Below, piece by piece: positions 40,667-51,991 of a stretch of 64,000 nt of DNA (positions are counted from its first letter, which is position 1; each line of letters starts with the position of its first letter). The position numbers were made by a program, and so were the translations under genes. Location: NCBI GenBank assembly GCA_001823095.1, contig MHTL01000012.1:1035-65034 (forward strand), given 5' to 3'. This DNA comes from Candidatus Vogelbacteria bacterium RIFOXYD1_FULL_51_18. Lineage in GTDB: Bacteria > Patescibacteriota > Minisyncoccia > Phycocordibacterales > UBA9988. The notes under the pieces were generated by a model. It searched no databases. It saw only the letters and a list, made by a program, of their open reading frames with translations, and was not told where the DNA came from.

Positions 40667-41083
40667 TTAAAGCTCCCCCGGAGGAATAGCGTCATTTGTT
40701 TCAGTAGACTTTTTAACCGTTGTCGGTGGAGCGCTTCCCGCCCCCGGAGGAGCAAATGGATTATCCCGCCCTACTGCGTCACTGCGGAGCGCGCGGGTAT
40801 AATCAACAAAGGAGAGGAGCGTGCCGCTCTCAAGGAATTGAGTATCAATCGTAATCGTGTTGAGCTCGGCGAGAAGCTGGACGAAGGGGTCCTGCTCGGC
40901 GAGCGTCATGGCGCCATCGGCAAGAGGCATTCCATTTTCGTCAAGGGATACAGCTCCTGAAGTCGAACCCGCCGCGACGGGTCCGACTCCGTCTGTGCCC
41001 GGCTTGGTGGCAAGATAGTACCCGTAGGCCGCTCCGGCGATGACGATGAGGATAATGACGACATTGAGGATTTTACTCATCAT
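40667..41083 (-). CDS. Hypothetical pilus-associated protein (PilP position)
   Basis: N-terminal TM segment, GRDNPFAP; follows pilM-N-O. Confidence 0.7.
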   Translation of the reverse strand: MMSKILNVVIILIVIAGAAYGYYLATKPGTDGVGPVAAGSTSGAVSLDENGMPLADGAMTLAEQDPFVQLLAELNTITIDTQFLESGTLLSFVDYTRALRSDAVGRDNPFAPPGAGSAPPTTVKKSTETNDAIPPGEL

Positions 41084-41089
41084 GGCATT

Positions 41090-41674
41090 TTATGGTTGGC
41101 GATATACCTGTGCGGCGACCTTGAACTCGTAGGTTCCTTTGACGTCAGCTGATGAGAATTCCACCGAAGTGATATCAAAAATCTTTAAGCTCTTCTCCAT
41201 CTTTTCCACCAGAGAGAGAAACTGGTTGTAGGTTGCTTTGACGGTAAACGAGATAGAGACGGGCTCGTAGCCAGCGGCAACGAGCGCCACGCCTGTCTCG
41301 CTCGGCGCATTTCGCGCCGAGCCCCCGGCACCAGTTGCCTGCGCGACGGCCACACCCTTCAGCAGTGTTTTGTTCTGCATGCCGATATTCTGGACATAGA
41401 TGATGAGGCGCACTTCGTCAATCGTGTTGGGCAAGACATTCTGGAGCGCCGCTTTTTGTTCGGGGGTAATGGCATTGTACTGCGTCTCCAGCACGGTAAG
41501 TTTTTCCGCCGCAAGCCGCGCCGTATTAAGTGCGCTCTCGAGAACTTCCTTTTCCTGTTTGAGCTCCGCAATTCCGGGGTCGGCAGTTGAACCAGAGCTC
41601 AAGAGCGGCTGGGTCAGCCCAAAGAAGAGCGCGATTCCAAGAATGATAATCAGCACGGGGAGAAGAAGCTTCAT
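41090..41674 (-). CDS. pilO: PilO-like protein
   Basis: TM segment plus coiled coil, ATYNQFLSLVEKMEKSLKIFDI; synteny. Confidence 0.75.
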   Translation of the reverse strand: MKLLLPVLIIILGIALFFGLTQPLLSSGSTADPGIAELKQEKEVLESALNTARLAAEKLTVLETQYNAITPEQKAALQNVLPNTIDEVRLIIYVQNIGMQNKTLLKGVAVAQATGAGGSARNAPSETGVALVAAGYEPVSISFTVKATYNQFLSLVEKMEKSLKIFDITSVEFSSADVKGTYEFKVAAQVYRQP

Positions 41675-42321
41675 GGCGTTGTACTGGTGGCAGTGCTCGT
41701 TGCCGTCGCTGCAGGCGTTGTGCTTGCAGTATATGAATATTTAATAATTTCCGGGTTGAAGACGAGCATTGCCTTAAAGGTCACTCCCCCTTTCTCTTCT
41801 TCAGTAAAATCGGAGAGTGTATAGGATGTGAGAGCGCCTTTCAGTTCTTTTTGGTACAAGTCCTGTTGCTGGGCGACTGCATCATAGTCTTTTGCTTTTC
41901 CCGAGACCGTTACTCCCTCCCTCCCAAATGAGAAACTTGCGTACTGCACGCTCCGTACAGTCGTCTGCTCCAGTCTTTTAAATATAGGTACCAGACTCGT
42001 ATGACCATGGACAATCTGCTCTGCAAGGTCTATCTTGCGCTCCATCCGCTTGATATCTTCCACCAAGTCCATACGCACTTCTGACTGCGCCCGTATGAGC
42101 GCCGCTTTGAAACCGCAGGTATTGCCCGCGCATTCGTCGTTAATTTCTTTATAGAGTATGCGGTGGTACACGAGCGCGCCCACGTATGCGCCAGCAGAGA
42201 CGAGGAAGATGATAACAGACACCACAAGAAGTATGCTCATCGAAGTTGTGCGACGCGTTAGCGTTTCCATTGCCGGAGCTTTTGGAATGAACGATGTGTG
42301 TGTTTCTGCTACTGGTGGCAT
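41671..42321 (-). CDS. pilN: PilN-like protein
   Basis: TSFIPK, TM segment, VSGKAKDYDAVAQQ; start set at ATG 42321. Confidence 0.72.
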   Translation of the reverse strand: MPPVAETHTSFIPKAPAMETLTRRTTSMSILLVVSVIIFLVSAGAYVGALVYHRILYKEINDECAGNTCGFKAALIRAQSEVRMDLVEDIKRMERKIDLAEQIVHGHTSLVPIFKRLEQTTVRSVQYASFSFGREGVTVSGKAKDYDAVAQQQDLYQKELKGALTSYTLSDFTEEEKGGVTFKAMLVFNPEIIKYSYTASTTPAATATSTATSTTP

Positions 42322-42334
42322 GTATATACTTCTA

Positions 42335-43513
42335 TTATGCGTCAAGTAAGAGACGCTCTGCAAGCCCGATGGCAACTGCAAATGACGGGCCCGCTTCCTC
42401 AAGCACGCGCGACATGGACGGCGGCGAATTCAGCCGCTCAAACGGATGAGCAATAGCAACGTCTAAACCGAGGCGGCGCACTGCAATATCGGGCGCGCCA
42501 CGGAGCAATGCCCCCCCTCCGACCAAGAGCGCTCTATCCACAGGTCGTTTGTAACGGCGCTGATAATTCACAATCACGCGGTTCGCTTCAGTAAAAATAT
42601 ATTCCACGATTGGCGTAACCGCAACCGAGAGCGTGTCCGCCTCAACTCCGCGGCGCGAGAGTCCGAGCTCGCGTTTAATCTCTTCCGCTTTTGCAAAATC
42701 AACGGAAAGAGACTTGCTGATTGCGCCGGTTACGTCCTGGGACCCCTTCCCGATCGTGTGCGAAATCTTGACCATGCCGCCCTCAACGATGGTCATCTTG
42801 GTGGAACTTGCGCCCATGTCTATCACCGCAACCGGCGCCCTATCAGAGGGGGACACGACGGAGCGCAGTGTGCTGAACGTCTCAATTTCAAAGAAGCGCG
42901 GCTCAATCTTGAGCCCTTGGGCAAGCTTCTGGTAGAGCGCAATGGTCTCTTTGTGGATTGCGGCAAGAAGCACCTCAATTTTTTGCGCGGGAACATGTAC
43001 CCCTTTAAGCGTGGGGTCAGTCGTTTTTGGCAACTTCTCCTTCTCGCCGACAGGCACGTTCGCAAAATTTTGGCGTTCCCGCGGGAGTGGCTGCCAGTCA
43101 AGCACCACCTCGGCAATCGGCACCGGGATGTACTTGCGCGCCTCAATGGGCACAGCTTGCGCGAGGGCCTCCAGCGGAAGGTCAGGCATCTCAACAACAA
43201 GGATTAAACTGGATTTGAGCGGGATAGAAAATGCCACCGTCACAGCGGTAACCCCCGCCTCTTTAAAAAGGTCACTGACAATAGATATCAGTTTATCCGC
43301 GCCAAAAGAAGCGCTCGCTCCAATGGAGAGGTCTGCGTAGGGGCCCACGGCAAGCTCGCCGTAGGTGGCAAGCACAAGCTTCTCTTTCTCGCGCGACACT
43401 TGGACGACTTTAATAGATGAAGAACCAATATCAATGCCGACAGCGCTCTCAACACTTTTCTTGCCCAGTGGAGTAGCAGATAACTTAAAAAACTTCGCGA
43501 AAGGGTTCGCCAT
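42335..43513 (-). CDS. pilM: Pilus assembly protein PilM
   Basis: VGIDIGSSSIKVV, EARKYIP, IDMGASST, LVGGGALL, AVAIGLA. Confidence 0.93.
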   Translation of the reverse strand: MANPFAKFFKLSATPLGKKSVESAVGIDIGSSSIKVVQVSREKEKLVLATYGELAVGPYADLSIGASASFGADKLISIVSDLFKEAGVTAVTVAFSIPLKSSLILVVEMPDLPLEALAQAVPIEARKYIPVPIAEVVLDWQPLPRERQNFANVPVGEKEKLPKTTDPTLKGVHVPAQKIEVLLAAIHKETIALYQKLAQGLKIEPRFFEIETFSTLRSVVSPSDRAPVAVIDMGASSTKMTIVEGGMVKISHTIGKGSQDVTGAISKSLSVDFAKAEEIKRELGLSRRGVEADTLSVAVTPIVEYIFTEANRVIVNYQRRYKRPVDRALLVGGGALLRGAPDIAVRRLGLDVAIAHPFERLNSPPSMSRVLEEAGPSFAVAIGLAERLLLDA

Positions 43514-43555
43514 GATGTTTGGTAGATATAAGTATAGCACGCTACACTTATCCAC

Positions 43556-44215
43556 ATGGAGTCTCTCTTAAGGATTCTTGATCTCCTTCTCCCGCGTCGC
43601 TGTGTCGGTTGCGGCAAGAAGGGTGTGAGTCTCTGCGGAGAGTGCACAGACGCGCTCCCGCGGGCAGTAGCCGCACCCTTGGATTGCGAAGCGCTCTTTG
43701 ATTACAATCACAAGGTGGTGCGGCGGGCGGTATGGCGTTTAAAGTACCGCGGAGACCGGACGCTTGCAGAAATATTTGGCAAGCGTATGGCGGAAGAGTT
43801 TTTAGAAGAGCATACGCAGATGCTCTCTCGCCTTGCTTATGGCGGGAGAATCCTTCTCATCCCCGTTCCGTCAACACGCAAAAGATACTTTGAGCGTGGT
43901 TATAACCAAGCAGAGCTTATTGCGCGTGCGCTGGCACAAGGCAAAACTGATGTATGGGAGCCCGCAGATGTCCTATACAAGATAAGAGACAATCAACGCC
44001 AGACAACACTAAAGGACAGAATCGAGCGGAAAAAGAATGTGTCCGATATCATTGCTGTAAAAGACAAGCATCTTACTGCCAATCGAATCTGCGTCGTTGT
44101 TGATGACGTCATTACCACTGGCGCAACCATGTGCGCCTGCATGGGTGCGCTTAAAAAATCAGGTGCGCGCGCTGTATATGGCATCGCCGTAGCGCATGGG
44201 GAAAAAATGTGGTAG
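43556..44215 (+). CDS. comF: Competence protein ComF
   Basis: CVGC...CGEC, RGYNQAE, VVDDVITTGAT. Confidence 0.92.
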   Translation: MESLLRILDLLLPRRCVGCGKKGVSLCGECTDALPRAVAAPLDCEALFDYNHKVVRRAVWRLKYRGDRTLAEIFGKRMAEEFLEEHTQMLSRLAYGGRILLIPVPSTRKRYFERGYNQAELIARALAQGKTDVWEPADVLYKIRDNQRQTTLKDRIERKKNVSDIIAVKDKHLTANRICVVVDDVITTGATMCACMGALKKSGARAVYGIAVAHGEKMW

Positions 44216-44227
44216 AAAGAGTTGGCT

Positions 44228-44315
<88 letters not shown>

Positions 44316-44382
44316 ATTTGCGCTGTGGACGCATAATCCACTTGTGCTATACTTATCTCATTAGTAGATAACTAATGCTCTT

Positions 44383-44517
44383 ATGAGTGGTCAGACTATC
44401 ACATGGATCGTTGTCGTCATCATTGTACTCGCAGGCGGGTACTGGTGGTACACGAGCCAAGGCGCTCCGGTAGAACCCCCCGTAACCGAGACGTCAGCTA
44501 CTGTTCCTGCACAGTAG
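44383..44517 (+). CDS. 44-aa single-TM small protein
   Basis: MSGQTITWIVVVIIVLAGGYWWYTSQGAPVEPPVTETSATVPAQ*; TGCTATACT upstream and terminator downstream. Confidence 0.7.
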   Translation: MSGQTITWIVVVIIVLAGGYWWYTSQGAPVEPPVTETSATVPAQ

Positions 44518-44522
44518 TTCTC

Positions 44523-44557
44523 AAAAACCCCGTCCGCCGCGGCGGACGGGGTTTTTT
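44523..44557. terminator. Intrinsic terminator
   Basis: AAAAACCCCGTCCGCC-GC-GGCGGACGGGGTTTTTT. Confidence 0.85.
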
Positions 44558-44580
44558 ATTGTGCTATTATACGCAAGTAT

Positions 44581-46752
44581 ATGCGCACCATCGGCAAGCT
44601 CATCACCGCCGACATGCCTCTCGGCTCCCTGTGGAGGCTCAATCCTGAACAGGAAGCAACGCTCGAAAAGCTTCATATTGCAACAGTGCATGATCTCCTC
44701 CGCCACTACCCTTCCCGTTACGAGGAGCCGGGGCAGGCAAAGCACATTGCCGACTGCGCGGCGCTCGAAACGGTAACACTCACCGGCACCATCACCAAGT
44801 CAGAAGCGCGCAGAGCATTCAAGAAAAAGACTCCCTTGGGAGAGGCAACGCTTGACGACGGCACCGGCACGCTCACACTCATCTGGTTCCACCAACCCTA
44901 CATGGCAAAAAAGTTCGGAGTAGGAGCGCAGGTGCAGGTGCGCGGGCAGGTGCGAGAACGAAATAAGAAGATTTCTATCATCAACCCGGACATAGAGTTC
45001 TCCACAGGGGAGACTACACCGCTCTTGGGCAGTCCCAAAAGCCTTGCCCCGGTGTACCCCGCAAGCGCGGGAATCTCCTCGCAGTGGTTTGCTTACCATA
45101 TTGGGGAACTCCTCGGGCGTAGAGCGCATGAGAGACTCTCCGACCCCCTGCCCGATGACCTGCGCGCGCGCTACAAACTGCCGAGTCTCTCGGCCTCACT
45201 CTTCTACGTTCACGCTCCCCAGCGTCTCTCGGATGCGCGAGCGGCGCAGAAGCGCTTTGCGTTTGAAGAGGTGTTCTTTCTCAACCTCGTGCGGCTCCGA
45301 GACCGTGAGAGCTACCAGGAGCTCGGCTCGCCGCGCCTTGCCGCGCCGGAAAGCGCGCTTGGGCAATTTACCGCGCGCTTCCCCTTTACGCTTACCTCCG
45401 CGCAAGCGCGCGCTGTTGCGGCAATCCTCACTGACCTCGCGCGGCCGCGCCCCATGATGCGCCTTTTGGAAGGTGACGTGGGCTCGGGTAAGACCGCCGT
45501 TGCGGCAATCGCGGCCTATGCGACAGTGCTCTCTGGCCAGGAGATTGCCTACATGGCGCCCACCGAGATCCTTGCGCGCCAGCACTTTGAATCCTTCATC
45601 GGCTACTTTGCCCATCTCGGCGTGCAGGTTGGCCTCATTACCGGCAGTGAGTGCCGCAAGTTCCCCTCCAAAATATCCGCCGGCTGGCGGACGGAGGAGC
45701 ACACGCACATCTCCCGCGCACAGCTCCTCAAATGGGTGGCGAACGGCGAGATACCGATTCTTGTGGGCACCCATGCGCTGATACAAAAAAACGTGTTATG
45801 GAAAGCGCTCGGCCTCGTCATTATTGACGAACAGCACCGCTTTGGCATCAGCCAACGCATGGCGTTGGCTCGCGGAAAAAATGCAGAACATACGCAGAAC
45901 AACACGAAAAAATCCGTTCCGCATTTGTTGACCATGACCGCAACGCCGATCCCCCGCACCCTCGCGCTCACCATCTATGGAGACCTTGACCTCACTCTTT
46001 TGGACGAACAGCCGGTGGGGCGCAAGCCCGTAATAACCGAGATTATTCCCGAAGGTGAGCGCGAGCGCGCTTATGAGCGCATGCGCGCAGAAATTGAGGA
46101 GGGAAGGCAGGCATTTATCATCTGCCCGCGCATTGAAGAACCCGACCCCGAGAAAGAGCTTGCGCTTGAGGCAAAGTCGGCAAAGTCTGAGGCAAAACGA
46201 CTCCAGATAGACATCTTCCCCGAGTACGAGGTGGGCCTCGTACACGGCAAACTCCACCTTCACGAGAAGGAGCAGGTTATGAAGGACTTCACCGAGAGAC
46301 GGCTCCATGTGCTCGTCTCAACGTCGGTTATTGAGGTAGGGGTCAACATCCCAAACGCCACGGTCATCGCCATTGAGGGCGCGGAGCGCTTTGGCCTTGC
46401 GCAGATACACCAGTTCCGCGGCCGCGTGGCCAGGAGCGACAAGCAGGCGTACTGCTTCCTCTTCCTGGGCAGCCGAAGCGCCGCGAGCGTGGCGCGGCTT
46501 AAGGCGGTGGTGAATGCGAAGAATGGTTTTGAGCTTGCGGAGAAAGATTTGCAAATCCGTGGCGCGGGGACGCTCGGCGGCTCCGCGCAGTCGGGACTCT
46601 CCGACATCGGCATGGAAGCGCTCAAGAATCTCAAAATGGTTGAAGCCGCCCGCGCCGAGGCGGCAAAAATCATTGACTCCGACCCTACTCTCGCCGCCCA
46701 TCCCCTCCTCCACGAGCGTCTCTCCCGAACCCAGACGATTCATTTTGAGTAA
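44581..46752 (+). CDS. recG: ATP-dependent DNA helicase RecG
   Basis: EGDVGSGKT, MAPTEILARQH, IDEQHRFG, TATPIPRTL, AERFGLAQIHQFRGRV. Confidence 0.96.
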   Translation: MRTIGKLITADMPLGSLWRLNPEQEATLEKLHIATVHDLLRHYPSRYEEPGQAKHIADCAALETVTLTGTITKSEARRAFKKKTPLGEATLDDGTGTLTLIWFHQPYMAKKFGVGAQVQVRGQVRERNKKISIINPDIEFSTGETTPLLGSPKSLAPVYPASAGISSQWFAYHIGELLGRRAHERLSDPLPDDLRARYKLPSLSASLFYVHAPQRLSDARAAQKRFAFEEVFFLNLVRLRDRESYQELGSPRLAAPESALGQFTARFPFTLTSAQARAVAAILTDLARPRPMMRLLEGDVGSGKTAVAAIAAYATVLSGQEIAYMAPTEILARQHFESFIGYFAHLGVQVGLITGSECRKFPSKISAGWRTEEHTHISRAQLLKWVANGEIPILVGTHALIQKNVLWKALGLVIIDEQHRFGISQRMALARGKNAEHTQNNTKKSVPHLLTMTATPIPRTLALTIYGDLDLTLLDEQPVGRKPVITEIIPEGERERAYERMRAEIEEGRQAFIICPRIEEPDPEKELALEAKSAKSEAKRLQIDIFPEYEVGLVHGKLHLHEKEQVMKDFTERRLHVLVSTSVIEVGVNIPNATVIAIEGAERFGLAQIHQFRGRVARSDKQAYCFLFLGSRSAASVARLKAVVNAKNGFELAEKDLQIRGAGTLGGSAQSGLSDIGMEALKNLKMVEAARAEAAKIIDSDPTLAAHPLLHERLSRTQTIHFE

Positions 46753-46793
46753 AAGATAAAAGAGGAGCAAGATTGAAAATTAGAAGCGCCGTC

Positions 46794-47015
46794 TTACTTC
46801 AACAAGGTAATAAAATCTTCGGCAGAAAGTTGAGCGTCACGTAAAATTTTCCTTAACAGGCCAGTTGCAATTATCTTGTGCATCGGCACAGTGACCGGCT
46901 TACGCTTAATACAACTAAGGCGCACATGACTGCCACGCTGACGAACCATGGTATACCCCAATTTTGCCAGACAATTAACACATTCCTTACCAGAGACGAT
47001 CGGCAGCTTTGGCAT
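46794..47015 (-). CDS. hicA: HicA-family toxin
   Basis: VRQRGSHVRL, VTVPMH, GLLRKILRDA. Confidence 0.92.
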   Translation of the reverse strand: MPKLPIVSGKECVNCLAKLGYTMVRQRGSHVRLSCIKRKPVTVPMHKIIATGLLRKILRDAQLSAEDFITLLK

Positions 47016-47017
47016 AA

Positions 47018-47266
47018 CTAAACGCTAATGGTGTGGAGGCTCAACTCTTGAGGGTGATATCGATGCAGGACGGCTCGATTACTCTTCTCTTCCAGGCAGA
47101 GGGCAATTACCTCGCGAATATTCTTAAGCGCCTCATCGAGTGTTTTGCCGTGAGTATAACAGGCATCAAAAAGAGGGCATTCCACAACATAAAAACCATC
47201 CTCATCACGCTCAATGATGACAGGAATAGTTGGCCGCCCAGATGATCGAAGTACTGTTTTTTTCAT
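47018..47266 (-). CDS. hicB: HicB-family antitoxin (short, no HTH)
   Basis: IIERDEDGFYVVECP...THGKTLDEALKNIREVI. Confidence 0.9.
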   Translation of the reverse strand: MKKTVLRSSGRPTIPVIIERDEDGFYVVECPLFDACYTHGKTLDEALKNIREVIALCLEEKSNRAVLHRYHPQELSLHTISV

Positions 47267-47338
47267 AAAAAAAATTTAGCACAAAAACACTCTGAAAACA
47301 AGCGCTTCTCCCGAACCCAGACGATTCATTTTGAGTAA

Positions 47339-47410
47339 TGGGCGTGCTAGGACTCGAACCTAGAACCAGCCGTGTATAAGACGGCTGCTCTACCATTGAG
47401 CTACACGCCC
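47339..47410 (-). tRNA. tRNA-Ile(TAT)
   Basis: Acceptor GGGCGTG/CACGCCC-A, anticodon arm GCCGT-CTTATAC-ACGGC. Confidence 0.9.
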
Positions 47411-47418
47411 CTCCTCAA

Positions 47419-49356
<1,938 letters not shown>

Positions 49357-49396
49357 GTGCACAGAGTATAGCGAAATAGGGAGAAAATGAAAGTTG

Positions 49397-49590
49397 TGGT
49401 GTTTGTTTGAAAAAGTCAGAACCCATTTTACGGAGAACCCTGAAAACTAATGCGGACTCGGCAGGGCGAAACATTTGTCTGGGGATATGGATTCGCCCTG
49501 CCTCGGCTTCCGTCCCGCCCGCAGGAGGGGTCTGGGGAGGAATGCGGGCGGGTTTCGGACTGGGGGTTTTCGGAAATTCGGCGGCTATCA
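49397..49590. repeat. 194-bp island left arm; exact inverted copy at 51637-51830
   Basis: Reverse-complement identity, also seen as the same 65-aa spurious peptide (MIAAEF...KQTP) on opposite strands. Confidence 0.93.
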
Positions 49591-49591
49591 A

Positions 49592-49921
49592 TTATTTTAA
49601 CCAAGATTTGACAATTTCCAAAACTTGGACAATTTGTGTTGCGGCAAGCGCAACGCCGACAACGGTTAGCCAAAAAATTCGCTTTTGTAATTTCTCGTTT
49701 TTACCGTCAAGATTTACGATAGTTTTTTCAAGACTCTGGACAGCGGGTTTCAATCTACGAGACATTTCCACATTTGATTGAATTGAAACCTTGTCGCCAT
49801 AATCGTATAAATGAGCGTTCGCCAATATTTCGTCTGGAAGTTTGGTAAAATCCGAATTTGGCGTAAGCTCGGTGTTATATTCCTTCTTTAGTCGTTCTTT
49901 GATTTGATCCTTTGTTTCCAT
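49592..49921 (-). CDS. Hypothetical protein, coiled coil plus C-terminal TM
   Basis: 109-aa ORF co-oriented with its neighbours. Confidence 0.7.
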   Translation of the reverse strand: METKDQIKERLKKEYNTELTPNSDFTKLPDEILANAHLYDYGDKVSIQSNVEMSRRLKPAVQSLEKTIVNLDGKNEKLQKRIFWLTVVGVALAATQIVQVLEIVKSWLK

Positions 49922-49956
49922 TATTTACCTGAGGGTGTTGGTTTTATTAAGAAAAA

Positions 49957-51336
49957 CTATTTAATGTCTTTGAGAAAAATTGAAGTCTTAAACACACCAC
50001 TATCTTTTGTTGTTGCGAATACAACATATCCACCAACAGATTCATCTTCAATCGTAAACAAAGATTCTATAGATGTTGGTAAATTACTCTCGAACTTTGT
50101 CCAGGTATGTGCGTTATCTATACTAACCAAGAGTAAATTTTGACCATACTCTTTACTACCTATAACAAATACCACATCTTCAAGTGCAGTTCTTTCCTTA
50201 ATATTAAATTCTTCTTTTTCTTCGTTGTCATAACAATCATAGGTTTTAATGTCGTTGTCATTATGTGAGTAGACAAAAATGTGGGTTGGAGAAACTCCCA
50301 AATCTTCTAAAGAGTTTTCTAAAATCCAATGACCTCCTCTATTTAGGCAGGTTTTGACAAGTAACTTGCTACTTAAACTAATATTCGCATATATATGTGG
50401 AATGCCTTTTTGTGAGTATGCAACTTCCGCGCCAGAATTAAGTGGATGAGGTCCAAATTTTTCTAAAATAGACTCGAGAAGATCATCTTTTTCGCAACCC
50501 ATAAAATCCTCCCAGCAAGAATAGATTGTTCTATCAGTATGAAGCCACGTCGGCCAAGTATTTTGTGTCAAGAGAGAAACAACAGATTCAGAATTGATAA
50601 CGCGAGCTTTCTCCCCGTTGGATAATGTTCTTTCTTGCAAAAAATCTATTTTCTTGGCTCTCACTATGTCGTATGTTATATCGTCATCTTCGATAGCTTT
50701 CCCCAAAAGCCTATTCGTCTCTTCTCGATTATTTTTATTAATTTCTTTTTGATCTTTATAAAGACTCTCGAAAAATGATTTGATATATGCTCGCGTTTCT
50801 TGCTGTGGCTCAGCAAAAAATCCGATGCCAGTTGATATAGAATAGATTATTGGATCTTTTGTAATGCCATAATCTGCTAAGTGAATTTTTTCATAACGAT
50901 TTTCCCTTGAATATGGTGTTAGGGCAATGTCCGCCATTCCTGTCCCCACGAGTATCCAATTATTCCCCCCATCTAAACTTTCAAACACGTCGCCTACACC
51001 CAATGCAAATATGGCTTTTGCATATGGAGCGTGGACTATTTTTCTAATCTCTGGTAATGGATTTGGTAAACCATTATTTATTGCAACCCAGCTTACCCCT
51101 TTGTCTATACTTTTAAAAATTCCCGTATCCGTTCCGGCATAAAGAATGGATTGATTGTTTACATCAGCAATAACAGTATTCACAGAAAGAGTGGTTAATC
51201 CAGTATTGGATTGTTCCCAAACTACGGTTTTATTAGTAGAAGTTTTTTGTGAAAATATAACAGCCAAAATTATCACCAACAAGACGGCTCCGATGATAAG
51301 ATGCTTTTTTGTAAATTTTATATTATTTTCAATCAT
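49957..51336 (-). CDS. Membrane-anchored BNR/Asp-box beta-propeller-like protein
   Basis: N-terminal TM; SxDxGxxW-type repeats (KSIDKGVSW, ESLDGGNNW, VSIDNAHTW). Confidence 0.72.
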   Translation of the reverse strand: MIENNIKFTKKHLIIGAVLLVIILAVIFSQKTSTNKTVVWEQSNTGLTTLSVNTVIADVNNQSILYAGTDTGIFKSIDKGVSWVAINNGLPNPLPEIRKIVHAPYAKAIFALGVGDVFESLDGGNNWILVGTGMADIALTPYSRENRYEKIHLADYGITKDPIIYSISTGIGFFAEPQQETRAYIKSFFESLYKDQKEINKNNREETNRLLGKAIEDDDITYDIVRAKKIDFLQERTLSNGEKARVINSESVVSLLTQNTWPTWLHTDRTIYSCWEDFMGCEKDDLLESILEKFGPHPLNSGAEVAYSQKGIPHIYANISLSSKLLVKTCLNRGGHWILENSLEDLGVSPTHIFVYSHNDNDIKTYDCYDNEEKEEFNIKERTALEDVVFVIGSKEYGQNLLLVSIDNAHTWTKFESNLPTSIESLFTIEDESVGGYVVFATTKDSGVFKTSIFLKDIK

Positions 51337-51349
51337 ATTTTTATAAAAG

Positions 51350-51571
51350 TTATTTTATAAAATATCCAACCTCTTTTTTATAAAGTGCAGCAAACTTCCT
51401 TATCTCAACAATATCTAGCCTTTGTTCGCCCGCCTCGGACTTTGAAATATAAGATTGAGGACGCTTCAATTTCTTTGCGGCTTCAACTTGCGTAAAACCT
51501 GCCTCTAAGCGGGCATTCTTCAATTTTAACGCAAAATTCTGATATTCCTTTGTTCTTATTGAACTACCCAT
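51350..51571 (-). CDS. XRE-family HTH regulator
   Basis: LKNARLEAGFTQVEAAKKLKRPQSYISKSEAGEQRLDIVE. Confidence 0.9.
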   Translation of the reverse strand: MGSSIRTKEYQNFALKLKNARLEAGFTQVEAAKKLKRPQSYISKSEAGEQRLDIVEIRKFAALYKKEVGYFIK

Positions 51572-51636
51572 ATATTAACAGTTTATATTCACAAAGGCAA
51601 TATTCAAAGTTAGAATAATGTGCTATGCTTAATTTA

Positions 51637-51991
51637 TGATAGCCGCCGAATTTCCGAAAACCCCCAGTCCGAAACCCGCCCGCATTCCTCCCCAGACCCC
51701 TCCTGCGGGCGGGACGGAAGCCGAGGCAGGGCGAATCCATATCCCCAGACAAATGTTTCGCCCTGCCGAGTCCGCATTAGTTTTCAGGGTTCTCCGTAAA
51801 ATGGGTTCTGACTTTTTCAAACAAACACCAGAATTAAAGTCAGGTCATTTTTAGAAATTTTTTCTTTGGCGTTCGCCAAAGAAAGCCAATGGTTTTGGGC
51901 AATTCCGAACGCTCCGCGTTTTTTTAAGGTGAGGTTCAAAAATTCAAAAGCCGAAGATTTTTGGAGGGAGATTTTTTTGGAGGGGAGGTCG
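51637..51991 (-). repeat. Internal inverted copy of the island's predicted attP junction
   Basis: 51637-51830 = revcomp(49397-49590); 51826-51991 = revcomp(63400-63556) with a 1-bp deletion and one 1-to-11-nt replacement; arms fused through CACCA. Confidence 0.88.

Larger units (their letters stand above)
46721..47338. mobile_element. hicBA insertion bounded by a 32-bp direct repeat of the recG 3' end
   Basis: TCTCCCGAACCCAGACGATTCATTTTGAGTAA at 46721-46752 and 47307-47338. Confidence 0.8.
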
